Shown here piece by piece: positions 1 to 9,448 of a stretch of DNA of 64,000 nucleotides. A program made the position numbers and the translations under genes. How positions within the stretch are numbered: position 1 is the first letter of the stretch; each line of letters opens with the position of its first letter. Below the pieces are notes generated by a model. It ran no database searches, was not told the DNA's origin, and saw nothing but the letters and a program-made list of their open reading frames with translations. The DNA lies in NCBI GenBank assembly GCA_043821365.1, contig JBDRCX010000002.1, positions 64,001 to 128,000 on the forward strand, written 5' to 3'. Source of the DNA: Candidatus Micrarchaeota archaeon. Lineage in GTDB: Archaea; Micrarchaeota; Micrarchaeia; Anstonellales; Bilamarchaeaceae.

Positions 1-1341
1 GCAGATGTTTTTGAGTCATTTGTGGTTACTGTTATCGCAGCAATGTTGATTGGGTTGACGATGGCAGATAGTTTGTTAATTAACATCCCCCTTGCTATAG
101 CAGCAATAGGTGTTTTCTCAAGCATAATCGGTTCGTTTTTTGTTAGAATAGGAAGGAAAGCTACCAAGATAATGCCAGCATTCTATACTGGAATGCTAAT
201 AAGTGCATTGTTAATGATAATCCTGTCCTATGTTTATCTAACAAATATAGTTGGATTAACAGTTTCAGTAATGACATTATTTGTGCCAGTTATTCTTGGT
301 GCCATAGTGACATTATTACTATTTGTAATTAGTGAGTATTATACTGCAACTGAATTCGGCCCAGTAAAAGCAGTTGCAAAAGCAGCAACAACCGGTGCAG
401 GAACAAATCTAATCTCTGGTCTTGCAATTGGTATGGAATCAACTGCATTACCCACACTTGTGATTCTTTCTGCCATAGTTATTTCATATTCGGTTGGAGG
501 ATTATATGGGGTTGGCCTTGCAGCAGCAGCGATGCTTTCATTAAGTGCAATAGTAATTGCAATTGATGCATATGGTCCAATTACTGATAATGCAGGTGGA
601 ATTGCGGAGATGGCCCATCTTCCATCTACTGTTAGGAAAGTAACTGATGCATTGGATGCAGTTGGAAATACAACAAAAGCAACAACCAAAGGTTATGCAA
701 TTGGTGGTGCAGCACTTGGTGCTCTTGCATTATTTGTTGCATATGCAGAAGAAACACACCTTACTTCAGTAAACCTTCTTGACACACCGGTTGTAGTTGG
801 TTTATTTATAGGTGCATTACTTCCATTCATCTTCTCAAGTTTGCTTGTTCTTGCAGTTGGAAGAGCAGCATTCCAAATAGTTGAAGAAGTAAGAAGGCAG
901 TTCAAGGAAATTAAAGGCCTTATGGCTGGTACTGGAAGAGCGGACTATGCAAAATGTGTTGACATTGCAACTGCCACTGCTCTACGTGAACTTGCTCTTC
1001 CTGGTATTTTAGCTGTTGCAACTCCTTTGCTAGTTGGTTATTTGTTTGGTGCAGCAGCACTTGGTGGTTTATTGGCTGGTGTTATTGCAAGTGGGCTTAT
1101 GCTTGCTTTGATGATGACAACAGCAGGTGCTTCTTGGGATAATGCAAAGAAGTACATAGAAGAAGGTCACTATGGTGGAAAAGGTAGTGAGGCACACAAA
1201 GCAGCGGTTATTGGTGATACTGTCGGTGATCCGTTAAAAGACACAGCAGGCCCAGCACTAAATGCTTTGATTAAGGTTGTGAATACAGTCTCACTTGTGT
1301 TTGCTGGCCTTATAATTGCAAAGAGCTTGAACATTATATAA
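1..1341 (+). CDS. hppA: Membrane-bound pyrophosphatase (H+-PPase), C-terminal part; gene starts before the window
   Basis: Frame is open from base 1 (ADVFESF). Motifs DAYGPITDNAGGIAEM, GNTTKA, DNAKK and GDTVGDPLKDTAGP; many TM helices. Confidence 0.96.
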   Translation, partial: ADVFESFVVTVIAAMLIGLTMADSLLINIPLAIAAIGVFSSIIGSFFVRIGRKATKIMPAFYTGMLISALLMIILSYVYLTNIVGLTVSVMTLFVPVILGAIVTLLLFVISEYYTATEFGPVKAVAKAATTGAGTNLISGLAIGMESTALPTLVILSAIVISYSVGGLYGVGLAAAAMLSLSAIVIAIDAYGPITDNAGGIAEMAHLPSTVRKVTDALDAVGNTTKATTKGYAIGGAALGALALFVAYAEETHLTSVNLLDTPVVVGLFIGALLPFIFSSLLVLAVGRAAFQIVEEVRRQFKEIKGLMAGTGRADYAKCVDIATATALRELALPGILAVATPLLVGYLFGAAALGGLLAGVIASGLMLALMMTTAGASWDNAKKYIEEGHYGGKGSEAHKAAVIGDTVGDPLKDTAGPALNALIKVVNTVSLVFAGLIIAKSLNII

Positions 1342-1411
1342 TTTTTTTATTTTTCTATTTTTATATCCCAAAAATGTTATTTTTTAATTTCTTGTACTCA
1401 TAACCAAAACC

Positions 1412-1921
1412 ATGGAAACACCCGATACTCCGTGGGCGCAAAACCATGATATCAGAATACACAAACCAAAAATAGATAGTCCTCATCCTACGGCGGTTTT
1501 CTTCTTAGAATTTTTAAAATCAAAGAATATCAAATCTGGCAGACTAATCGAAATAGGTGGTGGAAACGGTAGAAATGCCGTTTTCTTTGCTGAGAAAGGC
1601 TTCGAAGTCCATTCTGTTGATAAAGAATCAATACAAGATCTTGATCTATATGGGGTGTTTCCTCATTCGCACAGTGTTGGTGATTTTTGGAATTTTGAAA
1701 ACGCATATTTCAATATTGCATTTGATAGTTCTTGTTATCATAAACTTTCTAATAATGAAAAACAAAATTATTGTAATGAACTTGGCCGTGTTATGGATTC
1801 CTGCGGTATCTTTCTCCTGTCTATTCCAGAAAAAGAAACTGAAAAAATAGAATTCCCTGGTTTTCAAATAAGTTTAAGAAAAAATATTGAAGATTTTACT
1901 GTATTTGTTTTAATCAAATAA
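1412..1921 (+). CDS. Class I SAM-dependent methyltransferase (TehB-like)
   Basis: Motif I LIEIGGGNGRNA; FDSSCYH post-motif region. Confidence 0.75.
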   Translation: METPDTPWAQNHDIRIHKPKIDSPHPTAVFFLEFLKSKNIKSGRLIEIGGGNGRNAVFFAEKGFEVHSVDKESIQDLDLYGVFPHSHSVGDFWNFENAYFNIAFDSSCYHKLSNNEKQNYCNELGRVMDSCGIFLLSIPEKETEKIEFPGFQISLRKNIEDFTVFVLIK

Positions 1922-1937
1922 ACATAAACTGATCTGC

Positions 1938-3347
1938 TTATTTGTCAATTTTCCTAACAACTCCCAGATTCCCATCCACCTCTATCATATCTCCGTTTTT
2001 GAAAATCTTCGTTGCAATCCTGGTTCCAACAATACATGGCAAATTAAGTTCTCTAGAAACAATTGCCGCATGGCATAGTACCCCACCTTCATTTGTAACA
2101 ATTGCACCTGCTCTTTTCATTGCAGTTACAAAATCAGGGGTAGTCATTGATGTTATAAGTATCTCACCTTTTTTGATTTGCCCTGCTTCTTTAGCACTCA
2201 TTGTAATTCTTGCAACTCCCCTAACAATCCCCTTATTCGCAACCATTCCACTTACTTCAGTTATATCATCTGAATGGCTGATCTCATGGAATATCTGTTT
2301 TTCTTTTTCTACAGCAAAAAGTCCACTTCCAAATTCAGATTTATTATGTTCAAAATTCCAATTGTAAATAAAGCGTTTCATTCTTTCTTGCATCTTTTCT
2401 CTGTCCAATCTACCTGTTATTATTTCTTCAGGCAATGCATATTTCATTTCTTTTAATGAAATCCCTTTCCTTGCCCCAACCTCTGCAACTATCCAGTCAA
2501 GGTAATGTAAAAGTTGCATTATATACTCTTTTCTATAATCTTGATACCAGGAAAACATGTCAAGTAGTCTTATCAATTTCTTGTCTTTTTCCCCTAGTTT
2601 AAGCGTTTCTATTAGTTTTTCTTTTTCTCTATTGGTCTTTTCAATTTCATCATCCATTGCCTTTATCTGTTCTTCTGGTTCTGGGTATTTCTCTTCGATA
2701 TTTTTTAGTTCATTTAGGAAAAATTGCCGATCCAAAACTTCAGTAGTAAAATAATTATTGTGGATCCAATAATATTTTTTTACATGGTTTTCAATAAGAT
2801 CATCCAAATCTCTCTCAGTTTTTTTTGCAATTAATATTTCAAGCATCCCTCTGAGTTCTCTTTTACTAAAAGATTCTCTGTTAGTTGAAGTGAGGAGTGA
2901 TATTGCTTTTTTATCATTGTTTGTTATTCTTTCTAATATTCTCTCTCCTTGATGCCCTACTGGTTCAACAAGTCCACCAGGAACAAACCATTCGGTCCAC
3001 ATCTGTTCTATTCTTTTATAGGTTTCTATAATCTCGTTATCACTCAGCATTCTAAGGTTCGTTTCGTCTAACTTCTTGAATTCCAGATCAAATTTTTCTG
3101 TTTGTTTTTTTAGTTCTTGTTCAAATTCATCCATATCTATCTTTTTTGTGAATGTCTCAATCAAATACTGTCCATAATGGAGAAGCTCTTCCCATTTGTT
3201 GTACCACCCAACTATATCATTATTGTAAATTATCACTGTTGTTGGCCAGCATTTCCCATAAGCATTAGTCATTGGTTTTTCCCAAGCACGCATACACATT
3301 ATTATTGGCAATACGGTTGCTTGTCGTTCCCATTGAAACCATTTCAT
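1938..3347 (-). CDS. PEP-utilising enzyme mobile (phospho-His swivel) domain protein with a large helical N-terminus and no ATP-grasp domain
   Basis: C-terminal TTPDF...AIVTNEGGVLCHAAIVSRELNLPCIVGT...VDGNLGVV motif. Confidence 0.85.
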   Translation of the reverse strand: MKWFQWERQATVLPIIMCMRAWEKPMTNAYGKCWPTTVIIYNNDIVGWYNKWEELLHYGQYLIETFTKKIDMDEFEQELKKQTEKFDLEFKKLDETNLRMLSDNEIIETYKRIEQMWTEWFVPGGLVEPVGHQGERILERITNNDKKAISLLTSTNRESFSKRELRGMLEILIAKKTERDLDDLIENHVKKYYWIHNNYFTTEVLDRQFFLNELKNIEEKYPEPEEQIKAMDDEIEKTNREKEKLIETLKLGEKDKKLIRLLDMFSWYQDYRKEYIMQLLHYLDWIVAEVGARKGISLKEMKYALPEEIITGRLDREKMQERMKRFIYNWNFEHNKSEFGSGLFAVEKEKQIFHEISHSDDITEVSGMVANKGIVRGVARITMSAKEAGQIKKGEILITSMTTPDFVTAMKRAGAIVTNEGGVLCHAAIVSRELNLPCIVGTRIATKIFKNGDMIEVDGNLGVVRKIDK

Positions 3348-3892
3348 ATTTCCCCCTCCACTTTTTCAGGCAATCCCAATTCATTCCGTATTCTCTTGAT
3401 TCTTTTATTATAGTGTTCAAGAATTTCTTTTGGTTTATCGTTGTAAATATAGTCTCCATAAAAGAAACAATCAAGACAATCTGCATCTTTTATTAGTTCA
3501 ACCAATTTATCATTACTGTAAATATGCTTATTACTGTGTTCATGAATTGCCATATAAATTTTTTCTATTTCATTTTTTTCAAAGTCCCTACTTTCTAATA
3601 GTTTCTTTGCTATCTCTGCACCCTTTTTTGCATGGCTTTCGTAATCCCCATTTACAATTACGTGTATGTCATGTAAACTTGCAGCTACAACGGCCAATTC
3701 TTCGTCAACTTCTCTTTTCTGTGCAAGTATTCTTGCCATTTGAATAACTCCAGAACTATGTTTTAGTTCCCATACTACGGAACTTTCTCTTTTTTCCTCA
3801 GGTACTTTCGAATTCAATATATGTTCAACAACTAAGAGTTGGATTTTTTCAGAGCGCGTAAGTCCGTTTCCTTTGAAATGATGGTAGGTCAT
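3344..3892 (-). CDS. HD-domain phosphohydrolase
   Basis: H..(LKHS), LHDIH, HAKKGA, EHS and DADCLD; ATGA overlap with the downstream gene. Confidence 0.85.
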   Translation of the reverse strand: MTYHHFKGNGLTRSEKIQLLVVEHILNSKVPEEKRESSVVWELKHSSGVIQMARILAQKREVDEELAVVAASLHDIHVIVNGDYESHAKKGAEIAKKLLESRDFEKNEIEKIYMAIHEHSNKHIYSNDKLVELIKDADCLDCFFYGDYIYNDKPKEILEHYNKRIKRIRNELGLPEKVEGEI

Positions 3893-3926
3893 GAGAAGTA
3901 AGCCTCATTTATTAAATATATTTATT

Positions 3927-3950
3927 TACTACTACTATGAGGTAGTAGTA
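3927..3950. promoter_or_regulatory. Perfect 9-bp inverted repeat TACTACTAC-N6-GTAGTAGTA; probable TrmB-family operator
   Basis: Read directly in the 57-bp divergent gap, beside the AT-rich TATA-like tract at 3909-3926. Contains TACT/AGTA half-sites. Confidence 0.65.
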
Positions 3951-4705
3951 TGAATCTTGAAATCCTATATAAACTGGGACTTACAGAAAATGAAATAAAA
4001 GTTTATCTTTCACTTCTCGAACTTGGTCAGTCGACGACAGGTCCTCTAATTAAAAAAACAAAAATTCCATCATCAAAAATCTATCAAATTTTGGATAGTT
4101 TAGTTGGCAAAGGCATTGTTGGATATATTGCACATGGTGGTGTGAAAAAATTTAGAGCAAACAGACCAATAGTTTTGAGGCATCTTCTTGATCTTAAAGA
4201 GAAAGAAGTTGAAAGGTTGAAAAATGAACTAGAGGCAGTTCTACCCTCTTTGGAAAATGAGTTTCATTCTGAAAAAGTTAATTACAAAGTAGAATTACTC
4301 GAGGGAGTTCGAGGTATAAAAACAGTTTATGATATTTCTTTAGATTTGTTAAAACCAGGCGAGGAGATGTGCACTATTGGTTATCCAGTACTGGCAAGTG
4401 AAATTTTTAATGCATATTTTAGAGACTATCACAAAAAACTTGCAAAGAAAAAATTAAAGGCAAAAATATTGTATGACTATGATACTTGGTTCTCAAAAAA
4501 ACGTGAATCAAGACCCCATGCAGATCAAAAGTACCTTCCAAAAGGCATTGTAACTCCTGCATTTATTCATATTTTCCAAGATTATGTTGGCATAATGGTT
4601 GTTACTGAGAAACAAAAACTAAGTATTCTTATAAAAAACAAAGAAGTTGCAGAAAGTTATTTTCAATATTTCAAACTCTTGTGGAGATTGGGAAAAGCAC
4701 CCTAA
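3950..4705 (+). CDS. TrmB-family transcriptional regulator
   Basis: LGLTENEIKVYLSLLELG...KIYQILDSLVGKGIV wHTH, coiled coil, and C-terminal effector domain (EGVRGIK). Confidence 0.9.
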   Translation: MNLEILYKLGLTENEIKVYLSLLELGQSTTGPLIKKTKIPSSKIYQILDSLVGKGIVGYIAHGGVKKFRANRPIVLRHLLDLKEKEVERLKNELEAVLPSLENEFHSEKVNYKVELLEGVRGIKTVYDISLDLLKPGEEMCTIGYPVLASEIFNAYFRDYHKKLAKKKLKAKILYDYDTWFSKKRESRPHADQKYLPKGIVTPAFIHIFQDYVGIMVVTEKQKLSILIKNKEVAESYFQYFKLLWRLGKAP

Positions 4706-4706
4706 T

Positions 4707-5654
4707 TTATCCATTTCTTGGTGTTTTAAACCAAACTACTGGTCTGTTTAGTATTTCGTCAGCGAATCCAACAAAAAACAGAATTGGTATTACAATCCCA
4801 TAGATGCCTACTAAAATGGGACTCAAAATAACATCTTTAATTTGGCTTTTTGCGGTTATCTGTCCTACACTCAAAATAAATAACAAAAGTCCAAATAATA
4901 AAATTGAAACTACTGGTTGTAAAACTAAAGTTATTAGGATGAGTATGGAAATTACAGGTAAAAATGAGTATGCAATAGCTGTCAATAGGGGTATCCTATG
5001 TGTAAAAAGTACCTGAGCTAGCCCTCTCATCCACCGTTTTCTCTGCCTTAGTAAAACTGATAATTTTGATGGACTTTCTTGCCATGCTACTGCTTCGGAT
5101 ATGTACGTTACCTTTTTCCCTTTTTTTATCAATCTCAAAGACAAGTCCACATCCTCTGTTAATTTATCTTCACTGCAGGTTGCAAGTTCTTTTTTTATAA
5201 AATAATTCGTTCCGTGGAGCAGTGTTGGTATATTGAATTTTTGTAAAATTCCATCCATTAAAAATGTATAATTGTATTCTATACTTCCTATTCTTTCAAC
5301 TAATCCAGTTTCGTGAATTTTTATCCTACCATATGAAACGTCTGAGCGGGTTATCTCATCTACTAATTTTTCTATTGCATTTTTTTCTGGTCTGCTATCT
5401 GCATCATATATGCCAACAACATTCCCTTTGCACTTAAGTAGGCCAGTATTTACTGCACTGCCCTTTGTTTTACCATGACATACTATTGCAATTGCATTTT
5501 CCTTTGCTATAACTAGTCCTCCATCATCTGGAGGCAGCACTACGATCATCTCATGGCCTAATCTCTTTAACACCTGCAAAGTTGTCCACAGGATTTTTTC
5601 TTCATCCTTTGCAGGTATAATGATAGAAACGTTTACCTTACCGTCTTTCACCAT
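4707..5654 (-). CDS. Glycosyltransferase family 2 (processive-like, C-terminal TM helices)
   Basis: IIIPAKDE, YDAD (DxD), TEDVD and LRQRKRW (QxxRW). Confidence 0.9.
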   Translation of the reverse strand: MVKDGKVNVSIIIPAKDEEKILWTTLQVLKRLGHEMIVVLPPDDGGLVIAKENAIAIVCHGKTKGSAVNTGLLKCKGNVVGIYDADSRPEKNAIEKLVDEITRSDVSYGRIKIHETGLVERIGSIEYNYTFLMDGILQKFNIPTLLHGTNYFIKKELATCSEDKLTEDVDLSLRLIKKGKKVTYISEAVAWQESPSKLSVLLRQRKRWMRGLAQVLFTHRIPLLTAIAYSFLPVISILILITLVLQPVVSILLFGLLLFILSVGQITAKSQIKDVILSPILVGIYGIVIPILFFVGFADEILNRPVVWFKTPRNG

Positions 5655-8367
5655 AATTCTCCATGAATTTTTTGTATTCTTTTAGTATATCCTGCGTGAC
5701 TGATGGTCTTCTTGTTTTTATTATGTCAATAACCATCTTTGTTGAAACTTCCTGGGCATTTCCTTCGAGTTTTGAGCGCAATGCCTTCATTTTTACATTC
5801 TGGCAAATATCTGCAATGTCTGCACCACTGAATCCTGGTGTCATTTCAGCTAATAATTTTAAATCAACTTTATCAGCAAATTTCGAAAGATGAATTTTAA
5901 ACATTTCTGCTCTTCCACTAGCTTCTGGTGGTGGAATATAGAATATTTTATCAAATCTTCCTGGTCTCATAATTGCAGCATCCATCAAAGCTGGTTTGTT
6001 AGTTGCTGCAATAATCAAAACTCCCTTTTGGCCTTTTACGCCATCCATCTCGGTAAGGAACTGTCCTAATATTTCGGATGATCCTGTGATCCCTCTAGCA
6101 GGTGCAAATGTTTCTATTTCATCAACAAATATAATTCCAGGTGGATTTTCTCTTGCACGATTAAATGCTTCTTTTATTACATTAACTGCTTGTGTGTATC
6201 CTTTTTTCATAACCTCGGCAGCACTAAGAGACTGGAATGATGCCTTAAGTTCAGTTGCTGCTGCTCTTACTATCAAAGTTTTACCAGTACCAGGAGGGCC
6301 AAATAAAAGTATACCCTTACTTGGCTTGACTTTGAATTCTTTCATTTCAGCTTCATGCAAAAGAGGCAATTCTATTGCTTCAAGTAGGGCTTTTTTAATG
6401 TCCTCCATGCCAGCAACATCTGACCATTTTACTGCGCTTTCTTTTGCTGATTCTTCTTGTTTTCCTTTGTCTGCTCCAACTCTTCTTTCAAAGTCCAATC
6501 TGAATTGTTCATAACCATCCAGCTGTGCAAGTCCTGTACTCGGTTTTACTGCTTCAAGAACCTTGCGGAAGTGGTTCATTGACACTGGGACTATAACTCC
6601 TTTGTTAGTTGCTTCTCTTGCTGCCAGCCTCTCGGACTCTGTTACTATATTCTTCAGATCTGCACCTGAAAATCTCTCTGTTTTTTTGACTATATAGTCC
6701 ATATCAAGATCAGTTGGTCTAACCCCTTTTTTCATCTTTTTTATGTAAGTATTCACTATTGCTTTTCGTGCTTCAGGATCTGGAAGATGCATGTAGATTA
6801 TTTTATCTAATCTTCCTGGTCTCAAAAGTGCAGCATCTATTTCGTTTGGTAGGTTTGTTGCACCAATAACCATTACTGTTGCCTTGCTTTTTGTTCCCCC
6901 ATCAACTTCTTGCAATATGGTTGTAAGTACTCTGGGTCCAACAGTGTCTAAAGAATCTGCTCCTCTTTTCTTTGCAACACTATCTATTTCATCAAAGAAC
7001 AAAACAGTTGGTGCATTTTTTCTTGCATTTGAAAATATCTCAGCAACATTCTTCTCTGATTCTCCATACCATTGAGAAAGGATTTGTGAACATCTAACTT
7101 CTATGAAATTATATTTGAGCTCTTTTGCAAGTGCCCTCATAAGCATTGTTTTACCAGTACCTGGAGGACCAAATAAAAGAATACCTGCAGGTGGTTTTAT
7201 ACCATAGGCAAATGCAATCTCTTTCTTTTCAAGAGGCATAATGATGGCATCACGAAGTTCTTGTTTTACATCTTCATAGCCACCAACATCATCAAGTGAT
7301 TTTTCTCCAGAACTGTCTGACATGTCTGCCATGCCAAACTTCCCATATGATTTCATCTTTTCTTTTCTGTCAATTTCAGATTCTCTGCTAATATTAAGTC
7401 CAAAATGTTCAAGTGCACCGAGCGCTATCATTGCAGCAAAAACCCCACCTATAAATTCAAATCTAAACTGGGTACCATACATCATAGATGCAATGAAATT
7501 GATTGGTATCATTATTATCAATACAACTGATGCTATCAACTGGGATTTGCCCTTCATCTTTATTTTAGGCGGTAGCCATCCAATAAGATACAAAACAATT
7601 CCCCATCCAATTAGTTGCAAAATCATAGAATCTTTCAAAGCCAGGTCTACGATCCTCAATGCAATCAACCCAAGCGAATTACCCATTTTGCTCATGGTGC
7701 CGAAGTCAAGCAGCTTCCCAAATGAGCTTGCTGCTGTTGATCCAAGTGTTCCTATATCCACTGGTGGCTTGCTAAACTTCAGGTCTGCGTCTCCTGGTTG
7801 ATAATTATCCATGTTCAATGGCATATAAGCAGTATTGTTAATGCCCCATATCGAGGATAAAAGAAGTATGGCAACAACTGCAAAAAGAGAAACGGCAAGG
7901 CTTTTCTTTGAACCAAAAAACAATGCCCCCATGCTCATTCCTATTATTGTTATGTATCCGATTAGGGGGAATCCACTAAATGCAAAAGGGGCCATAATAA
8001 GTATTTCGAGGACAGCTATAACCATCCATTCTTCAAATACTTTGAAGAGAACAAGTACTATTACTAGTAAGTAAAACCATGCAAAAATGGTGGATTGATA
8101 AAGAACAGCAGGCAATCCAAAAATTACCCCAAGAATAACTCCTATTGCTGGTTTTTTGAAAGCAATAGCACCACACAATGCTGCAATTAGTAATACTACA
8201 TATATGGGGTAGAATGCGATTGTTGATAGCAGCATCAATACTCCAAAGAAAACGATGACTGCTGCCCACAATTCTTCACTTTGTTCTGCTTGTGCTACAT
8301 ATGCTGCTATTTTCTGTCCTGCCATGCTTTGATTGGCTTGTTGTATTTGTTGTGCAGGTGGTTGCAT
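5638..8367 (-). CDS. Membrane-anchored tandem AAA+ ATPase (CDC48/p97-like D1-D2) with a polytopic N-terminal membrane domain
   Basis: Two GPPGTGKT Walker A; Walker B FFDEID and FVDEIE; two RPGR-F/L-DK second regions of homology; ~300 aa hydrophobic N-terminus. Confidence 0.88.
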   Translation of the reverse strand: MQPPAQQIQQANQSMAGQKIAAYVAQAEQSEELWAAVIVFFGVLMLLSTIAFYPIYVVLLIAALCGAIAFKKPAIGVILGVIFGLPAVLYQSTIFAWFYLLVIVLVLFKVFEEWMVIAVLEILIMAPFAFSGFPLIGYITIIGMSMGALFFGSKKSLAVSLFAVVAILLLSSIWGINNTAYMPLNMDNYQPGDADLKFSKPPVDIGTLGSTAASSFGKLLDFGTMSKMGNSLGLIALRIVDLALKDSMILQLIGWGIVLYLIGWLPPKIKMKGKSQLIASVVLIIMIPINFIASMMYGTQFRFEFIGGVFAAMIALGALEHFGLNISRESEIDRKEKMKSYGKFGMADMSDSSGEKSLDDVGGYEDVKQELRDAIIMPLEKKEIAFAYGIKPPAGILLFGPPGTGKTMLMRALAKELKYNFIEVRCSQILSQWYGESEKNVAEIFSNARKNAPTVLFFDEIDSVAKKRGADSLDTVGPRVLTTILQEVDGGTKSKATVMVIGATNLPNEIDAALLRPGRLDKIIYMHLPDPEARKAIVNTYIKKMKKGVRPTDLDMDYIVKKTERFSGADLKNIVTESERLAAREATNKGVIVPVSMNHFRKVLEAVKPSTGLAQLDGYEQFRLDFERRVGADKGKQEESAKESAVKWSDVAGMEDIKKALLEAIELPLLHEAEMKEFKVKPSKGILLFGPPGTGKTLIVRAAATELKASFQSLSAAEVMKKGYTQAVNVIKEAFNRARENPPGIIFVDEIETFAPARGITGSSEILGQFLTEMDGVKGQKGVLIIAATNKPALMDAAIMRPGRFDKIFYIPPPEASGRAEMFKIHLSKFADKVDLKLLAEMTPGFSGADIADICQNVKMKALRSKLEGNAQEVSTKMVIDIIKTRRPSVTQDILKEYKKFMENYGERR

Positions 8368-8397
8368 GCTACTTTCTCTCTGCTTTCTTTTTTTAAT

Positions 8398-9444
8398 CTA
8401 ACGCAAAACCAACTTTAGCTTGTTTATTGCATTTGTCATGGTCTCTTCTGGTTGGTTTAGGCATATTCTGATGAAATTATCAATGCCAAATTCACTACCT
8501 GGTGCAACAACCACACCATTCTCCAATGCCATTTCAAGGAATTTATCAGAATTCTTAATATTGGGGTGCGTTGCGAATATGTAAATTCCACCATCTGGTT
8601 TTACGAATTCAAACCCTGCTCTCTGTAAAAGTGTTTGTGTTGTTTGCGATCTTGTTTCCCATATTTGTTTGTTTCTTTCGAGTATCTCATTTTCGTTTTC
8701 TAGGCATGCAATTCCAGCTTTTTGAGCAAATGGTGGGACACATGTTATTGTTATCTGATTGAATCTTGTGATTTTTTCAACTACTTCTTTTGGTGCAATT
8801 GCATATCCTATCCTCCAGCCTTCCATATTGAATTCTTTTGAGAACGATCTCAATCGTATTGCATTTTCATATATTGGAATTTCTTTGAATGCAAGCCCTT
8901 TGTATGCCTCGTCAATAATGACAATTGCTCCGACTTTGTTTGCTTTATTTATTGTCTCTTGAATAAGAGTATTATCATATTCTGTGCTAGTTGGATTAAG
9001 TGGATTACAGATAATCAAAACATCATCCTTAGTGAGTTTTGGAATTAGGAAAGACCACATATTCTTCATTGATGTCTCTATTGTTTTGAATTCTAAACCA
9101 AGTTGTTTACAGATTAATCTATAAGCTGGCCAGTATGGTTTTGGTGTAATGACTTGTTTTTTTCCCAATACTGAAAGAAGTGCAAACAAAAGTGCCTTTG
9201 ATCCTGGTCCAACAACTACATTTTCTCTTTTGCATTTTTCCCGTTCTGCTATCTTATCTCTGAATTCATTTGTTCCAGCTGATGACACATACTGTGCTTT
9301 TGCCTTTTTCATGCTTTCAATTGCTGCGTTAGTTGCACATTCTGGGGTTGGTAAATTTGTATCTCCAATGTTTAGGCGAATGATCTTTTTCCCTGCTTTT
9401 TCCATTGCAAGAGCCTTTTCAGCAAGTTCATAGAATCCAACCAT
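8398..9444 (-). CDS. PLP-dependent aminotransferase class I/II; probable aromatic amino acid transaminase
   Basis: NPLNPTS, DEAY and SFSKEFNMEGWRIGY; last gene of the aro/phe/tyr block. Confidence 0.88.
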   Translation of the reverse strand: MVGFYELAEKALAMEKAGKKIIRLNIGDTNLPTPECATNAAIESMKKAKAQYVSSAGTNEFRDKIAEREKCKRENVVVGPGSKALLFALLSVLGKKQVITPKPYWPAYRLICKQLGLEFKTIETSMKNMWSFLIPKLTKDDVLIICNPLNPTSTEYDNTLIQETINKANKVGAIVIIDEAYKGLAFKEIPIYENAIRLRSFSKEFNMEGWRIGYAIAPKEVVEKITRFNQITITCVPPFAQKAGIACLENENEILERNKQIWETRSQTTQTLLQRAGFEFVKPDGGIYIFATHPNIKNSDKFLEMALENGVVVAPGSEFGIDNFIRICLNQPEETMTNAINKLKLVLR

Positions 9445-9448
9445 ACCA

